Source: Chrysomallon squamiferum
Lineage: Eukaryota > Animalia > Mollusca
Reading direction: 5' to 3'
NCBI GenBank assembly: GCA_012295275.1
Contig: CM022677.1
Location: 16,554,001 to 16,618,000, forward strand
DNA length: 64,000 nt
Shown here: piece after piece, positions 1-14,391 of the stretch
How the letters are laid out: each line of letters opens with the position of its first letter
Position numbering within the stretch: the stretch's first letter is position 1
Notes under the pieces: model-generated
The model's database searches: none
Told to the model about the DNA's origin: nothing
The model's input: only the letters and a program-made list of their open reading frames with translations
Made by a program: the position numbers and the translations under genes

Positions 1-143
1 AGAGAGAGAGAATGAGTGTGTGTGTGTGAGTGTGTGTCTGTGTGTGTGCGTGTGTGTGTATGTGTGTGTCTTATGAATCTATCAGTGAATGCTGAACTTA
101 ACGGTACCTCTGTTTTTTTATTAAATGTGAAGACATAACAAAT

Positions 144-223
<80 letters not shown>

Positions 224-305
224 TATTATTACTGCTCACCTTTACAGGGCTAAATTTACTGATCAAATCTTCAAAAATAATAATTATAAAAAAAAAAAAA
301 AAAAA

Positions 306-340
<35 letters not shown>

Positions 341-619
341 TAAAATTTACAATCACCAAAAAAAGCAACAACCTCTTGCCATGCAACACTGTCACGGCTT
401 TTTTTTAAAACTGAAGCAAATTGATTGAGCAGCCAACAGTTTGAAACAACATTGAAAAAAAAAAAAAAAAAAAAAAAAGTAAATAAAAGTGAAAAATAAA
501 TAAATAAATAAAATAAAATAATAATCATAATTAATAATAGTTGTCATAGTAAAAATAGTTACAATATAGTAGTAATAAGAATAACAGCAGCAGTAGTAGT
601 AATAGTAATAATAATAAAA

Positions 620-701
<82 letters not shown>

Positions 702-783
702 CATAAATAAATAAATAAATATATTAGTAATAATAATAAAAATAGTAATAATAATTATAATAATAATAAAAGTAGTAATAATG

Positions 784-833
<50 letters not shown>

Positions 834-1153
834 AATAAATAAATAAATATATTGAAAAATAAAACACTAAAAGATTTGAAATAAACTTGAAATGATCCTG
901 TTCATGTTTTACGTTATGCAGTTATCATGTTATTATGAATATGATTCAAAATGTGTTAATTCCAAAAGCAATGTGGTGATAAATGCTTATTTTAGTATAA
1001 TAATGATATGATTATGATTAGATATGCCTGGTTTGTTCTGTGGAAATATCATTATGGTATATAAATTAAGCACATTACTCTTAAGGATGTTTTATCATTA
1101 ATGGGAACAAATGCTTAACATTGTTAAAAATAATCTTTATTTTTCATTCTTGC

Positions 1154-1187
<34 letters not shown>

Positions 1188-1379
1188 GGATATTTATTCA
1201 TTAATATTACTGTACTAATCCTGAAATATTATATTAAACTGAAGAAATCTTTTTTAAATAAAAAAAAAAAACATTATAATAAACTCTCCCTTTACTAAAA
1301 TACTTTGACCCCTTTATTTCACTTATTTATATCGAACCTTCAGTCAAGGAGACAGGAAATGATGATGATTTAAAATCAA

Positions 1380-1944
1380 AATGCAGTGAGTTATTTCCCT
1401 TTATCATAATGAATTAACTACCCCTACATTTCACAGAGCCAAGGGCAAAAGACCAAGATTGATTTAAATTGAAAGTTTAAATTATTTGGTTGATTTTCAA
1501 ACAGAGGTTAGGTGTATTCAAATATGTTATTGCAGTAAATTATCTCCCTTTATCATAATGAATTATCTGCCCATTTGTGTTTCACTAAGTTGTGCAAAAA
1601 TACTGAAGATGTCATCTGAACTTAAATGTTATGGTTTATGGCTGATTTTCAAAACAACTGAATAACATTAGATCTGTTCAAAAAATACCACTGGATTCAG
1701 TTATCTCCCTTTATTGTAATAAATTATCTCTCCTTGCATTTTATATACTTCCAATCATCATGGTTGGGCAATTTTTAGTGTTACGATATCTAGATGGAAA
1801 TGACCAAATGATAAACAATGAAAAAGTATAATGAGTGATCTCCCTTTGTCACAAACGGGAGTTATCCACCCTTGTGCTGCACTGACCCACCTCTAGGAAA
1901 ATGATGACGACGAAATGAAACGAAGTATTAGAAACGCATTTAGC

Positions 1945-1986
<42 letters not shown>

Positions 1987-2245
1987 GGTGATGAGTTATC
2001 TCCCTTTTGTCATTGGTGGGAGTTATTCGCCCCCTTTGTGCTTTCACTTACCACTAGGAAAATGATTGAGGTTGGCAGAGGTTGAGTGTTGAGGTATCTG
2101 GTGGTTCCCATATGTTTCAATTTGTGGAGAGAGTGGATGACTAGGACCCATCACATTGGCACCTGAAGCAAACTCGTTAGAGTTAGCTCCCCTTCTACTC
2201 TTTTATTATTATTTTTTTCTTGACAACAAATTATCTCCCATTTTT
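1380..2245. repeat. Degenerate ~150-bp repeat carrying paired (G)AGTTATCTCCCTT motifs
   Basis: Motif variants at ~1388, 1538, 1699, 1833, 1993 and 2180, each followed ~25-50 nt later by a second TTATCTNCC-like motif. Confidence 0.75.
2052..2162 (-). CDS. SMAD4: SMAD4 linker exon (ANVMGPSHPLSPQIETYGNHQIPQHSTSANLNHFPS)
   Basis: ttCAG acceptor, G|GTAAGT donor, 111 nt, phase 1 to 1, open and in frame with the preceding exon. Repeats the HPLSPQ motif seen in the previous exon. Confidence 0.78.
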
Positions 2246-3442
2246 CAAGTGTTATTGTATTTAAAAAAAAATCATCTTAAAAAAAAAAAAAACTAAGATT
2301 TTTTAAAAGCATATGTTAATAGATTTACTTTAATTTTATGATTTAATAATTGATTATGATTATTTTTAAATAGAACATTTGTTTTTTCTCAAGATCAAAT
2401 TAATAAAATAAAAAAGTTAAATAAATAAATGGTAGTAGAAATAATAGTAGTAGTAGTAGTAGTAGTAATAACAAATATAATTAAAAAATAATAATAATAA
2501 TACCTTTTGTTTAACCATAAGATATCTCCATATCAGTTCTCATTTTATGTAAGTCTTAAATTTTCTTTTCTTTAAATTAACTTTATGTTTATACATTTAA
2601 CATAATTTTTACATTGTTAATTCCATAACTACAATTTCATTTCTCTTTAAATAAATTTCATATTTCTTACAATCCATTGTGCGTATTTGTGTAACAAATA
2701 TTAGTCCTGTCCCTTCTATCATTTACAAAGAAAACAAAATTAACTGTCATACCATTTAGATAGGGAAACAATCAATTTGTGTCACTAAGAGAGTTTATTA
2801 TAGATTATTTAAAAAATACTATAAAAAAATAATAATAATAATAATAATAAAATTTAAAAAAATGTTCAATAAAAAAAAGAAATGCTGAGAGAAGAAAAGA
2901 AAAGAAAAGTGTTTCTAACTGCAAGATTTAATATCAGTATTAATTAACAATTTCTTAAAAGTTTTAATATCTATAACTTACTGATTGTATTTGGTTTTAA
3001 ATTAATTGTTCTTCTTACCTTCTTATTATTACCCAACTACATGTATATTTAAAACAGTATATGTGTGTGCCTATGTGTTTCTGTATGTGTTTGTATATAA
3101 TAATATAAGTAAGTAAGTAAATAAATACATAAACATACTTTAAAATTAAGTTAACAATATGCAAGTAAAGCAACAGTTAGTTTTGTCAAACTGACTACTA
3201 CTTTAACATTACCTACCAAAGCAAGCAGTGCACTGTTATAACAATAGAAAACAGATATAAACACATTTCATCTACAATTATAAACACAGAGCATTTAAAA
3301 CAGACACAAAATCTGTAGAATTTCTAAAAAACAGAGTTAGGATGGGATGGAAAGCAGCAGAAGATTTTTGTTTTAAAATACAAGCTGTATTTTCTAACTC
3401 TGAGATTTTTATATCTATATATTTTTCTATTCATACATACAG

Positions 3443-3508
<66 letters not shown>

Positions 3509-3631
3509 TATATATATGATCTGTATGATCCTGTTAAAAGACTGAAAACATAAAATAAAATTTTAATAAATAAGTATTGGTGCATGCAATTAACCATATC
3601 AAACAATCAACATCAAACATAAAAGGTCTGT

Positions 3632-3671
<40 letters not shown>

Positions 3672-5051
3672 TTTTATTCCAAGTCCTAAAATTGCATGCA
3701 TTATCATGTTGATTCTTTTCAACTATCTTTTGTTTTATTTTATGTTTTAAAATTTTTCTTTCATCTTTCTTTACCAGGAACCACAATCAAAAACAATATA
3801 TATCTCTACAGAGATGAAACACAATAGTAATAACAGAATAAATAAACAAATAAATAAATAAATAATAAACAATCCCAGAGCCAGCTTATAGATAACCAGA
3901 TCGCTAATTAATATTAATTAGTCAGTTAATTAGCAGCATTAATAGAAGGAAAGATGACAAGAATCGATAGAAGGATTTAGAAACTGTTCAAAGTTGTTCA
4001 AGATTGGTATACTAATTTCTTACTTTTGATAAAGAACTTAATTTTCAGATTTTAACTTTTAGAAAATAATAAAATTTCATCTTTGATTTTCTGTTTTGAT
4101 TAAGAAATGGTACATTGTGGCTTTCATTAATTTTTAAACCATTAGGTGTAGATCTCTCTCTCTCTCTCTCTGTGTGTGTGTTCATAAGGAAGTGCGTGTA
4201 TGAAAATGTTTCTGTCTCTGTATGTATGCATGTGTTCATATGTACTTTTCAGAAAATATAAATCTTTTTAAATTTAAAAATAATAATAATAAAAAAATAA
4301 ATATTTGAGAATAATAATATTAAAGTGACAAATCAGGATTAAAAATTAATGAAAGCCTTTTTGAATATTAGAAATGACCTTACTTTCCTGTCATTAGAGG
4401 TGTCATACTGCAAATATTTAATGAATAAATAGAAAAATTTAACAGAGTTTTCAAGCAGTTAGAAATTTGCAAGAAATGTTGTTATGGGTGTTATTACTAA
4501 GAAAGATCTGGTTAAACTATGCAAACTAAAATAATTTAAAAAAAAAAATATTCAGAGAGATCCAATTATTGGTTCATGTTTACGCAGTTGTTGCTTTTAT
4601 TTTGTAAAAATCAAGATAATGAAATAAAAAAATAAAAATAAGTTCAGAAATGATAAAATAATATTCAAATAAAATAAAATAAAAATTCTTAAAATAACAT
4701 AAAGAAATAAAAAATCTTAAAAATGAACAAATTAAAAAAAATATAAATAATTATAATAATTTATTAACTAAATTCTTATTTTTTTTTTTATAAATGTGCT
4801 TATTTTGTGTGCTAACAATAACAATAATAATCATAATAATAAACCATTATCCTCACAAACATATCAACCAAAAGTACAACAAAAACAAAAAAAATAAATA
4901 AAAAAAAAAAAAATATATAAAAAATAAATAAATAAAACAATCATCAACCCCCACCCATATCAAAACATCCAAAAACAACTGACGTAAAACACTCCCCAAG
5001 TTACCATGGACAATGCTCCCTGACAACACAAAAACAACTGCAAACACTCAC

Positions 5052-5258
5052 TAGGCCGGTTCAGATCAATACTTTGTGCAGCCGGAGGAGGAGGGTTTGA
5101 TGGTGGGGAGAGAGGTTGGGGGGACAGGGGGTGCTGCAGAGAGACACTCCCCGGTCCCGAAGCAGAACTCCCTGGTCCTGAGAGGGAGTTCACGGATGGT
5201 GGGTTCCCGGTTGCCTGGTGCGAAACTGTCGTCTGCTGGGTGCTGTTGCTGGTCTGAC
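5052..5258 (-). CDS. SMAD4: SMAD4 Pro/Ser-rich linker exon
   Basis: GC-rich open frame QTSNSTQQTTVSHQATGNPPSVNSLSGPGSSASGPGSVSLQHPLSPQPLSPPSNPPPPAAQSIDLNRP with strong donor A|GTGAGT. A start at 5258 gives the required phase 1. An alternative acceptor starting at 5295 looks stronger but is phase 0. Confidence 0.7.
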
Positions 5259-5359
5259 CTGGTTTGGGGGGAGCAGTTATTGCAATGAAATTCGACTGGT
5301 GAAAAGTTTAATATGGACGTTAGTTACTGTATCAATGTTGAAAAGTTTTTTTTAGGTAT

Positions 5360-5394
<35 letters not shown>

Positions 5395-5452
5395 GTTATT
5401 TATTACCATTATTATTATTATTTATTTGTTTATTTATTTATTACCATTATTA

Positions 5453-5483
<31 letters not shown>

Positions 5484-5842
5484 TTTATATAATACGTATT
5501 ATTTGACTTTTCTAGATTTAAAAACTAAAAATTAAATTAAGTCTTGATAAGAATTTTCTTATTTGTTTCTTTTCATTATTACTAGTTTCATTATTACTGC
5601 TGTATTTTTAAACAATGGAAGAATAAACTAGATTTGAAACGTGGTATTTAAGCTTTAATTCTTGCTAAGTTTCATTTTTGGTTTTCATTATATATATATA
5701 TAAAACAACTATAAATTAATAATCAAACTTTCTAGGAAATAGACAATTTTATTATTTCTAAACCTTTATAAATAATTGCAATTAAAAATTTTTTATATTG
5801 ATCTTTTCTTTAAATTCAGTATTACTTATTGAAAAATTTTGT

Positions 5843-5874
<32 letters not shown>

Positions 5875-7184
5875 TGTATTTCAGCTTAAATATTAGGAAA
5901 CAAGATTTTTTTTTTAGAAATATAAAAATAAATAAAATTACGACATCTAAAAATGAAAGCAACATTAACACAACATGTAACAATCATTCATCCATATCAA
6001 ACAAATTAAATAAATAAATAAATAAAATTTAAACTTGAACATAAAAATATATACAACATATAAAACAGACAATATTGCAGCCAGCAATCAATTTTAACAA
6101 TTCTTTGAATAATAATAATAATAATAATAATGGCTTAACATGTAATATCATGGCTTCTTTTTTCAACAGAGAATCTGTAAATATGTCTATCTGGGATCTT
6201 TTAAGAGAAACATCAATAGCAAACTTGAATATGTTTTACATCAGAAATATTAAAAAAATATATAATAAAAATAATAATAATTATAGCTGTCTGATGAGAA
6301 TTCTAAAAACAAATGGCACGTATAGTTTAACATAAACAAAAAATATTAATAGTATATTTTATTTTTACAAAAGTAGCATTTATATATAAATATGAAAATG
6401 TCAGAAATAAATAGCTCATACACTTAAACAATTTCCTTAATAGAAAATATGAAATGTATTAGATTATCAGAACAGTTTATTTTATAAAAAAAAATGAATA
6501 ATAAAAGAAGAAAGAAAATACCCATATCAATAAATCTGTTAAAATGAAATATTAAAAATGGACAAACTGATAATAATAATTGTCAAAAAAAATATCGTTA
6601 ATAAAACATTTTAGTAAACTAAAATTCAGAATTATATTAAAAACAGATTAAATAAAGTGATTTTAAGAAACACAATGATTTGAAAAAGCAAGCCATGATG
6701 TTACCATCTATGAAATGAAAAAAAAAAAAGACATTGAATTTTTTTTTTTTTTACCTTTTTTCACATATACAACTTACAAACGATAATACAGACAAATATT
6801 CACACTATTTCAATTCGTAAAACCATCCCTTTTTAGGTTCAATATCATAAAAAATAGAAAATAAAATCAATAAAATCAATAAATAGATTTTCTTTCAACA
6901 GATAACCAGGTGGGACTGCAGCTTATTTGTTATTAAGTAACAGCCATCATCATCTGATATTCATTATTCACAATTATCACTGAATGAATAAACATATTCA
7001 CTGGAGTGATTTCCAAATCCATTATTTAATATTCATTATTTCTAATTATACTGAATGAATAAATATTCACTGTAGTGATTCCCCCATTTAATATTCGTTA
7101 TTCATAATTATGTTTCCAAGCAGTCTCCACCCATTAATTAATATTCATTATTCATAATCATACTGAATGAATAAACATATTTAC

Positions 7185-7322
7185 TGGAGCAGTCTGCACC
7201 CATTATTCGACTGAATGTTTCTGCAGGTTGGTGTTGTATGGTTTCATTCCCGTCCCCAGACTGGCGCCTGTCCATATGAATCTCTCCTCCATATTCATCT
7301 TTAACTAGCCTTCCCGGCGGAC
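7185..7322 (-). CDS. SMAD4: SMAD4 linker exon (GPPGRLVKDEY...)
   Basis: Acceptor ttttgaTAG|GT, in phase. Contains the SMAD4-type LVKDEY and TIQH motifs. The donor is taken as CCA|GTAAAT, but other phase-1 GT sites lie nearby, so the 3' end is uncertain. Confidence 0.8.
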
Positions 7323-7722
7323 CTATCAAAACAGCCGATACATCAGTGGATGGTTTTTGATTGGACAGTTTAAACATCCAATCAAATGATTCGTTATGTT
7401 AGTTGATCACTGGACATGATTTTTTTCACTGGATTGTTAAACAGTTGATTAATATATGGATGTGTATTAACCAACTGTTTTAAAAATCCAGTGAAAAAAT
7501 TTTGTAACATAGTCAGTTAATAGTTATTGGATTGTATGTAATTAAGAGAGATCCATGCAAAAAAAAAAAAAAATGGATGATTTGGACATTTTATTAAGGC
7601 AAATAATATAATAAATTAAATATATATATATGTGTGTGTGTTAGAAGCAATGTAACAAGATTCATATGTGTGTGTGTGTGTGTGTGTGTGAATTAAAGTT
7701 TAAAATTTGTCTTTCGACTTAC

Positions 7723-7752
7723 CAGCATGCTGTAGAGTTAATCCAGACAAAT
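7723..7752 (-). CDS. SMAD4: SMAD4 30-nt micro-exon (DLSGLTLQHA)
   Basis: ttttCAG|ATTTGTCTGGATTAACTCTACAGCATGCTG|GTAAGT. It continues the frame of exon 2 and matches the DLSGLTLQ motif that follows MH1 in SMAD4. Not in the ORF track. Confidence 0.93.
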
Positions 7753-8534
7753 CTGAAAACAAAAACAAAAAATGTATTAAGTAAAATGTAATTTATTTAT
7801 TTTTTCAAATTTATTGTACTATATATTAATAGAACAAAATTAAACAGGTTATTCTATGTTCACAGTAGAGAAATAAAACTACAATAACTACTTTCACTTG
7901 CAGGAGATATATCATAATTACTTTTTGAGTTACTGTAAAACTAAAAAGGACTGAAAATCAAGAATAACTGGTTTCTATAATAGGGAGGGATATTTTTATA
8001 ATCACTTCTGAACCGCGATAAAAAGGGAAAACAAATTAACAGTACATTTTTACAAATCAGAAATGAATCTTTCATGATCACATTTAAGTTATGATACATG
8101 GGAAATGAAAATCTACAGTATTAATTATTCTTCTCTTTTACAAATCATTTACTAAGATACATTTTTGAATTATGAGTACAGAAAGAAAATCCACTGTAAT
8201 GAATTTCTATAGCAGAAAGAGATATTTCATAACCACTTTTGAGTTGTTATGAAAGGAAAAGAAAGGAAAAGAAAAAAGAAAACAGAAAGGAAGCTAAAAC
8301 AACAGAATGAAAGAAAAAAGGTCAAATAAGAAATAAAAATGAGTAAAAGATAAGAAAATGAAAATAACAAAAAAGAAAGGAAAATAAAAATAAAACAAGA
8401 ATAAAGTAAAAAGAACAAATTTTTTTTAAAAAAGTGAAGAAAAAAAAAAAAAAAAAAAAAAGGGAAAGAAAACACAAAATAAACAAGCAAACAAATAAAA
8501 AAATAAAATAAAAAAATAAAATCACAATTATTTA

Positions 8535-8747
<213 letters not shown>

Positions 8748-9694
8748 TTATAGACAGAAAAATAAACAGATAAAAGAGAGAGAGACAGAGTGATGGACAG
8801 ACAGACACATAGGAATAACAATCATCAATCCCTAGCATAAATAAGTTGAGGAATTCCTTTATGTCCTCCACCTGGAAGAGAATTACAAGTTTTTATATAT
8901 ATATATAAAGATGGAAATATAAACAGATAAAACAGACAGAGAGAGAGAGATATATAGACACATACAAATATGCATACAAAGGCAGAAAAATCATCAGTCC
9001 TGAATTAAATAACTTGAGGAAATCCTTTATTTCCTGCTATCTGTAAGAGAAAAATAAGTTTTTTATATATAGACAGAAATAAAAATAGATAAAACACACA
9101 GAAAGGCATAGACACATACAAATATACAAAAAATAGCACAAAAATCAACAATCCTAGCATGAATAATGTGAGGAAAGCCTTTTTGTCTTCCCACCTAGAA
9201 TAGAAACACACATTTCATGTAAAGGCAGGGATAAATAGATGAAACAGACACACCCATACATACACACTAAAGCTATCTTTAAACATAGCCCAACATTGAT
9301 GACGATCAAAAATTACCTGACAGATAAATAATAAAAAATACCGACCGTTCACAAACATTTTCACAAAACCGAAACACTTCTGAAACTTAAAAATATTCAC
9401 ACATGAACCTACAACCCAACACTGAAAACAACCGAAAATTACTAGACAGAGGAATAATCACAAACCTTGACCAAACATACTCAATACCACTAAACATCTA
9501 AAATTTAAAATAGTCAAACATGAACATATGAATACTCATGGAATAGATATGAGAATAATGAGAAATCTTGACCATACATAAGCAATACCACTAAACATCT
9601 AAAATTTAAAATAGTTATACATCAAGTGATGAACCCATGAATACTCAGACACACAAATTCATAAAAATAAACAATTAAATAATTTTTAATTTTA

Positions 9695-10012
<318 letters not shown>

Positions 10013-10655
10013 TTACGAGTTAATAATACATTGATGAATTGGTTTGTGAGAATGCGTGAGTGTGTGTGTTTGTGTGTGTGTGTGTGAATGTATGTCTGTG
10101 TGACAGTATTTCTATGTCTACAGATCTATGTGTAGGCAAGTATTTCCATTTGTATAGATGTAAGACATATAATTCATGTGTGTGCAGGTGTTTATATATT
10201 TTTGTGTTTGTGTGTATGTGTGTGTGTGCATGTGCATGTTTCTACATATATCTGAGTGACTGGTGCTGTGCATTTCTATTTGTGTGCATGTGCATGTTTC
10301 TACATATATCTGAGTGACTGGTGCTGTGCATTTCTATTTGTGTGCATGTGGAAGCATGTGTTGCTCATTACATGCACAGGATACCCTTTGTATGACAGAC
10401 TTATAGTGACAAAAGGCTGTCTATTGATCCTGAAGTTCCAATGAACCATAAATATTTTTAAACTATAATATTTATTATTATTATATATCACTTTAAATTT
10501 ACACTATTCCACATCTGGACTTTGGAAACTAAACATTCACAAAACAATATATAAATAGATAAATGTTTCAGCTTATTTAATATTAATTCTGTTTACTATT
10601 ATTTCTTTGGTAAAGTTCTATGAATGCTACTAGTATTTCCAAAAATAATGCTGTG

Positions 10656-10695
<40 letters not shown>

Positions 10696-11837
10696 TGACC
10701 ATCAACTCTGTTGACACTATTTTATATAGAAATATTGATTAAATGTGGAATTTTTAATATTATATTTAGAGCCAACAAGATTATAAAATGCATTATTTAT
10801 ATAATAACATTTTTAAAAGATTCTAAATAAGAGGTGTTATTATTCCCTTTTTCCAGGAAAAAATACAATTAATAAGCAGATCAAATTAAATTAACATTTT
10901 AAACAACACTATTTTTATTACATACATGTCATTAAATCAACATATATAATAATAGTAATAATAATAATAATAATAATAAAACTAATTTAATGTTATAACT
11001 ATTTGTGTTTACTGGCAGAAATAATAAACGTTAACATTGCTGTCAGCGTTATTAGTTAAATAAACAAATTATATTTCACAAGATTTGAATAAACAATTGC
11101 ATGTGTATTTGTTTATTCAAATGGGTCGCAGTGACGAATAATAATTTAGCTTTGGTTTGAGCTGCTTTCAGGTTTATGAATATCAATAGTATTAATACCC
11201 TTATGGATTTTAAACGCTAAAGTTAATTTTAAAAACACAGCATTGTGTTTTAGATTTTTTTTTTCCTGTCAAAACCCATAATCATGTAACACATTATTGA
11301 TATCTTATTCAAATTTCAAAATAATCACGTTTAAGCTGTGTAACATTTTAAATACTTTTCATATAATAAAATAATAACAGTTCTTTGTAATAAATTTATC
11401 AGTTGCTAAAGATAATATCTTCTTTACTGATTTAGAAACTGGAGACATATTTTATATCCGTCTTCTCTATCTGTCAAATTCTGAAATAGTATCATTCCAT
11501 AGCAATCACAATTTGAATAAATTCCAATCTCGCACCTTGCTATTTGAAGATAGACTCTTTAGGAAAAAAATCTCAAAGCTAATAACAAAGAGACATGTCT
11601 ACAACATTTACTGGTGGGCAATATAAAAGAAATAAAGCTATGTAAAACATTTTTTATGACACATTAAGCCAAAATCCACTAATAATAATAAAAGAAAATA
11701 ATTAAATAGCTACGGAAATCAAGGGGAGCTAACTCAGATAATGGTGACAGACGCCGCAAAATCCACAAAAATAAGACTTACAAACAATAAATAGGTTCAT
11801 AAAAAGTTCAGGATAAAGTTTCTTTAACAATTCTTAC

Positions 11838-12010
11838 CAATCAGAAAAATAACGCATATTGTTAAATCAGTTATCTGCTAAATAATCCAAACATGGCGCA
11901 ACTTATATTAAAAACAAATCAGTGCGCAAACGCACATTAACAATTTCCGCTTTGTCGGAATTATCTTTCCTTGAGTAATATTCTCGAACAAACTCGATAA
12001 TTCTCAATGT
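11838..12010 (-). other. Probable non-coding 5' UTR exon of SMAD4
   Basis: Long pyrimidine tract plus CAG acceptor at 12011-12013, and TG|GTAAGA donor at 11837. CpG-containing and lying upstream of the ATG exon. Confidence 0.55.
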
Positions 12011-12451
12011 CTGAAAAAAAAAGAAGCAGAAAAGGCAGGGAAAACACACAAAAAATAAAAATAAAGTAAAATAAAATAAATAGTAAAATCCTTTAAACCA
12101 AATACATAATAAACGTGAAATTAATGGTGACTTACACAACAAACAGGCAAATTAAGCAGGTTTCAGTCATGTAATTTAATTTAAAAATAAACAAACAACG
12201 TAAGAGAAACACGTTAGAAGATGCCAGTATTGAAAACTTAATTGACCGAATGACCGAGTGTTTCGGAGAAAGAAAAAAAAAAAATAGCAAAGAAACTAAA
12301 GAAACATAAATTACGATATATTGTTTTGACTTGTTTATTTAATTCTATATTTATTCAAGATATGCCTATTATTAATACTTATAGTATTATTAATTCCACT
12401 ATAACTATAAATACTGCACTATTTCAGAAACTACGGATGCGAGTAAAATAA

Positions 12452-12484
<33 letters not shown>

Positions 12485-13000
12485 TATTATTATTATTGTT
12501 GTTGTAGTTGTTGTTGTTGTATTTGTTAATGCTGTCGTTTTTCTTTTTTCTTCTGTTCAAAAATCAAGTTATATAAACCAGTTTTTTGTTTTTGTTTTTT
12601 TTTTTGTTTCATTTTATTCTTGTTTTGTTTTAATTTATTTTATTTTATTTTATTTTATTTTTTTATTTTTTTATTTTTTTTTTTTTTTTTTTATTTATAT
12701 ATATTTTTTTGTCTTTATTTAAATTGTTTCTAACGAAGTACAGTAAATTACAGAAATTGCGTTCGCATTATTCCTGAGACGTCATTATCTAACAGTTCAA
12801 TGACGTCACAATCAAACAAATAGGAAAAACCAGTCTGTAAACAATTCTTGGATATTCTTTCAAAAACTGGTTCATGCACAGACTCCATGTTAACTATTTC
12901 AGTCAAAAACAAAAAGCAAAACAATGGATAAGCATTATTAAGGTAACATTTTACGAATTCAGGTAAATGATTTCTATCTTTAAATAGTTATGTGACCCTA

Positions 13001-13138
13001 AGCACACATAATAGACTATATTCGGGAACGCACTTGCGCAGGAGGACAAAGTCAAATCACGACCTCACAAACCCGTCAGATGCCGCTGACGAGACTCGAA
13101 CGTATGACACCCATTCCCCCGCACTCCGATGGCGGACG
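13001..13138 (-). mobile_element. tRNA-derived SINE, 5'-truncated copy
   Basis: Reverse complement of the core CATACGTTCGAGTCTCGTCAGCGGCATCTGACGGGTTTGTGAGGTCGTGATT shared with four other copies. Contains a B-box GTTCGAGTC. Confidence 0.75.
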
Positions 13139-14091
13139 TCAGTACCTCGTGTGTGTGAATGTGTGTATGTATATATGCATAAATGTGTACGTCTGTGTGT
13201 ATGTATGTATGTATTTCTTCTATCTATCTATCTATCTATACATATATATATATATATATTACTGTGTTATTTATTAATTACTGAAAATTCTTAGATATGA
13301 TAATAACAACAACAACAACAGTAACAAAAAAAAAAAAAAAAAAAAAAAAAAATAATGATAATAATAATGATAATCACAAGAACAGTTAATAAATAATTTA
13401 TGCTTTAAGCTGTTTTGAGCTAGAGAATAAAAGTGTCGTTTGTTCGTTTGTAAGCCAGATGTTTATTTTATTTTATTTTATTTTATTTTACTTTCCCTTT
13501 AATACAGAGATTTGTACAAAAATTCCTTGAAGGCTGAGGACACGTCTAAATTGAAACGATTATCTTTATTAAACACAAATAATCAAAACATAAACTACTA
13601 CCGCTGCTGCTACTACTACTACTACCACTACCACTACTACCAATACCACTACTGCTACTACTAATGTTACTGCTATAAATATTAAATCATTAATAATAAT
13701 AATAACAACAACAACAACAACAATAATAATAATTTATTTTTCCTGTTTTTTTGTTTATTTGTTTGTTTGTATTTGTATTTTTTATTTTTTTTATTTGTAT
13801 TTTTTATTTTCATTTATATATATATATATATATATATATAAACACATACACACACACACACAATTATGTGCAGTTTTATATAACGTTACAAATCAACATT
13901 CGAGCATTTGGCATCTCTCGGATAAACAATGAAAAAAAAAAATCTAGATAAACATAGAAAGAAGCGCGGCAGATAGAAACAGACAGACAGACAGACAGAC
14001 AGACAAAGAGATGGACAGACGTCTGAAACAAAAAGTGTTACAGAGGGACAGAATCAACGGACACGACTTTTTGAAGAGCACAGTTAGCGAG

Positions 14092-14247
14092 TTAATTCCT
14101 CGAAAGCGTCAATTTTTTGTTTTGTTTATTTCTTGAATAATGAATGTCGTAAGGTCTTAAATGATACAAATAGAATTCCAGAAGCTTCATTTCTTTCGGA
14201 AAGATGTAGTGAAATGAGATGGCGTAGTTGCTAATACTGCTTGAACC
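14092..14247 (-). CDS. C1GALT1: C1GALT1-like last coding exon
   Basis: tttCAG|GGT, phase 0. Encodes GSSSISNYAISFHYIFPKEMKLLEFYLYHLRPYDIHYSRNKQNKKLTLSRN*, containing the family SFHY and YHLRPY motifs. Confidence 0.92.
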   Translation of the reverse strand, partial: GSSSISNYAISFHYIFPKEMKLLEFYLYHLRPYDIHYSRNKQNKKLTLSRN

Positions 14248-14289
14248 CTGAAACAACAACAACAACAGTAATAATAATAAGTAATGATG

Positions 14290-14391
<102 letters not shown>

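Noticed and set aside
240-268. Possible further SMAD4 micro-exon (DLISKFSPVK) with donor AAG|GTGAGC
   Set aside because: It is phase-compatible, but the acceptor is AAG and there is no recognisable homology. It cannot be supported without cDNA.
10222-10350. 58-bp direct duplication (similar two-copy duplications at ~9466-9615, ~35327-35460 and ~57472-57525)
   Set aside because: These are ordinary local slippage duplications with no further structure.
13075-13112. Hammerhead-like CTGACGAG-act-CGAA core in the five-copy repeat
   Set aside because: It has GAAC instead of GAAA and no complementary stem I or III. The string is simply the reverse complement of the SINE B-box region.
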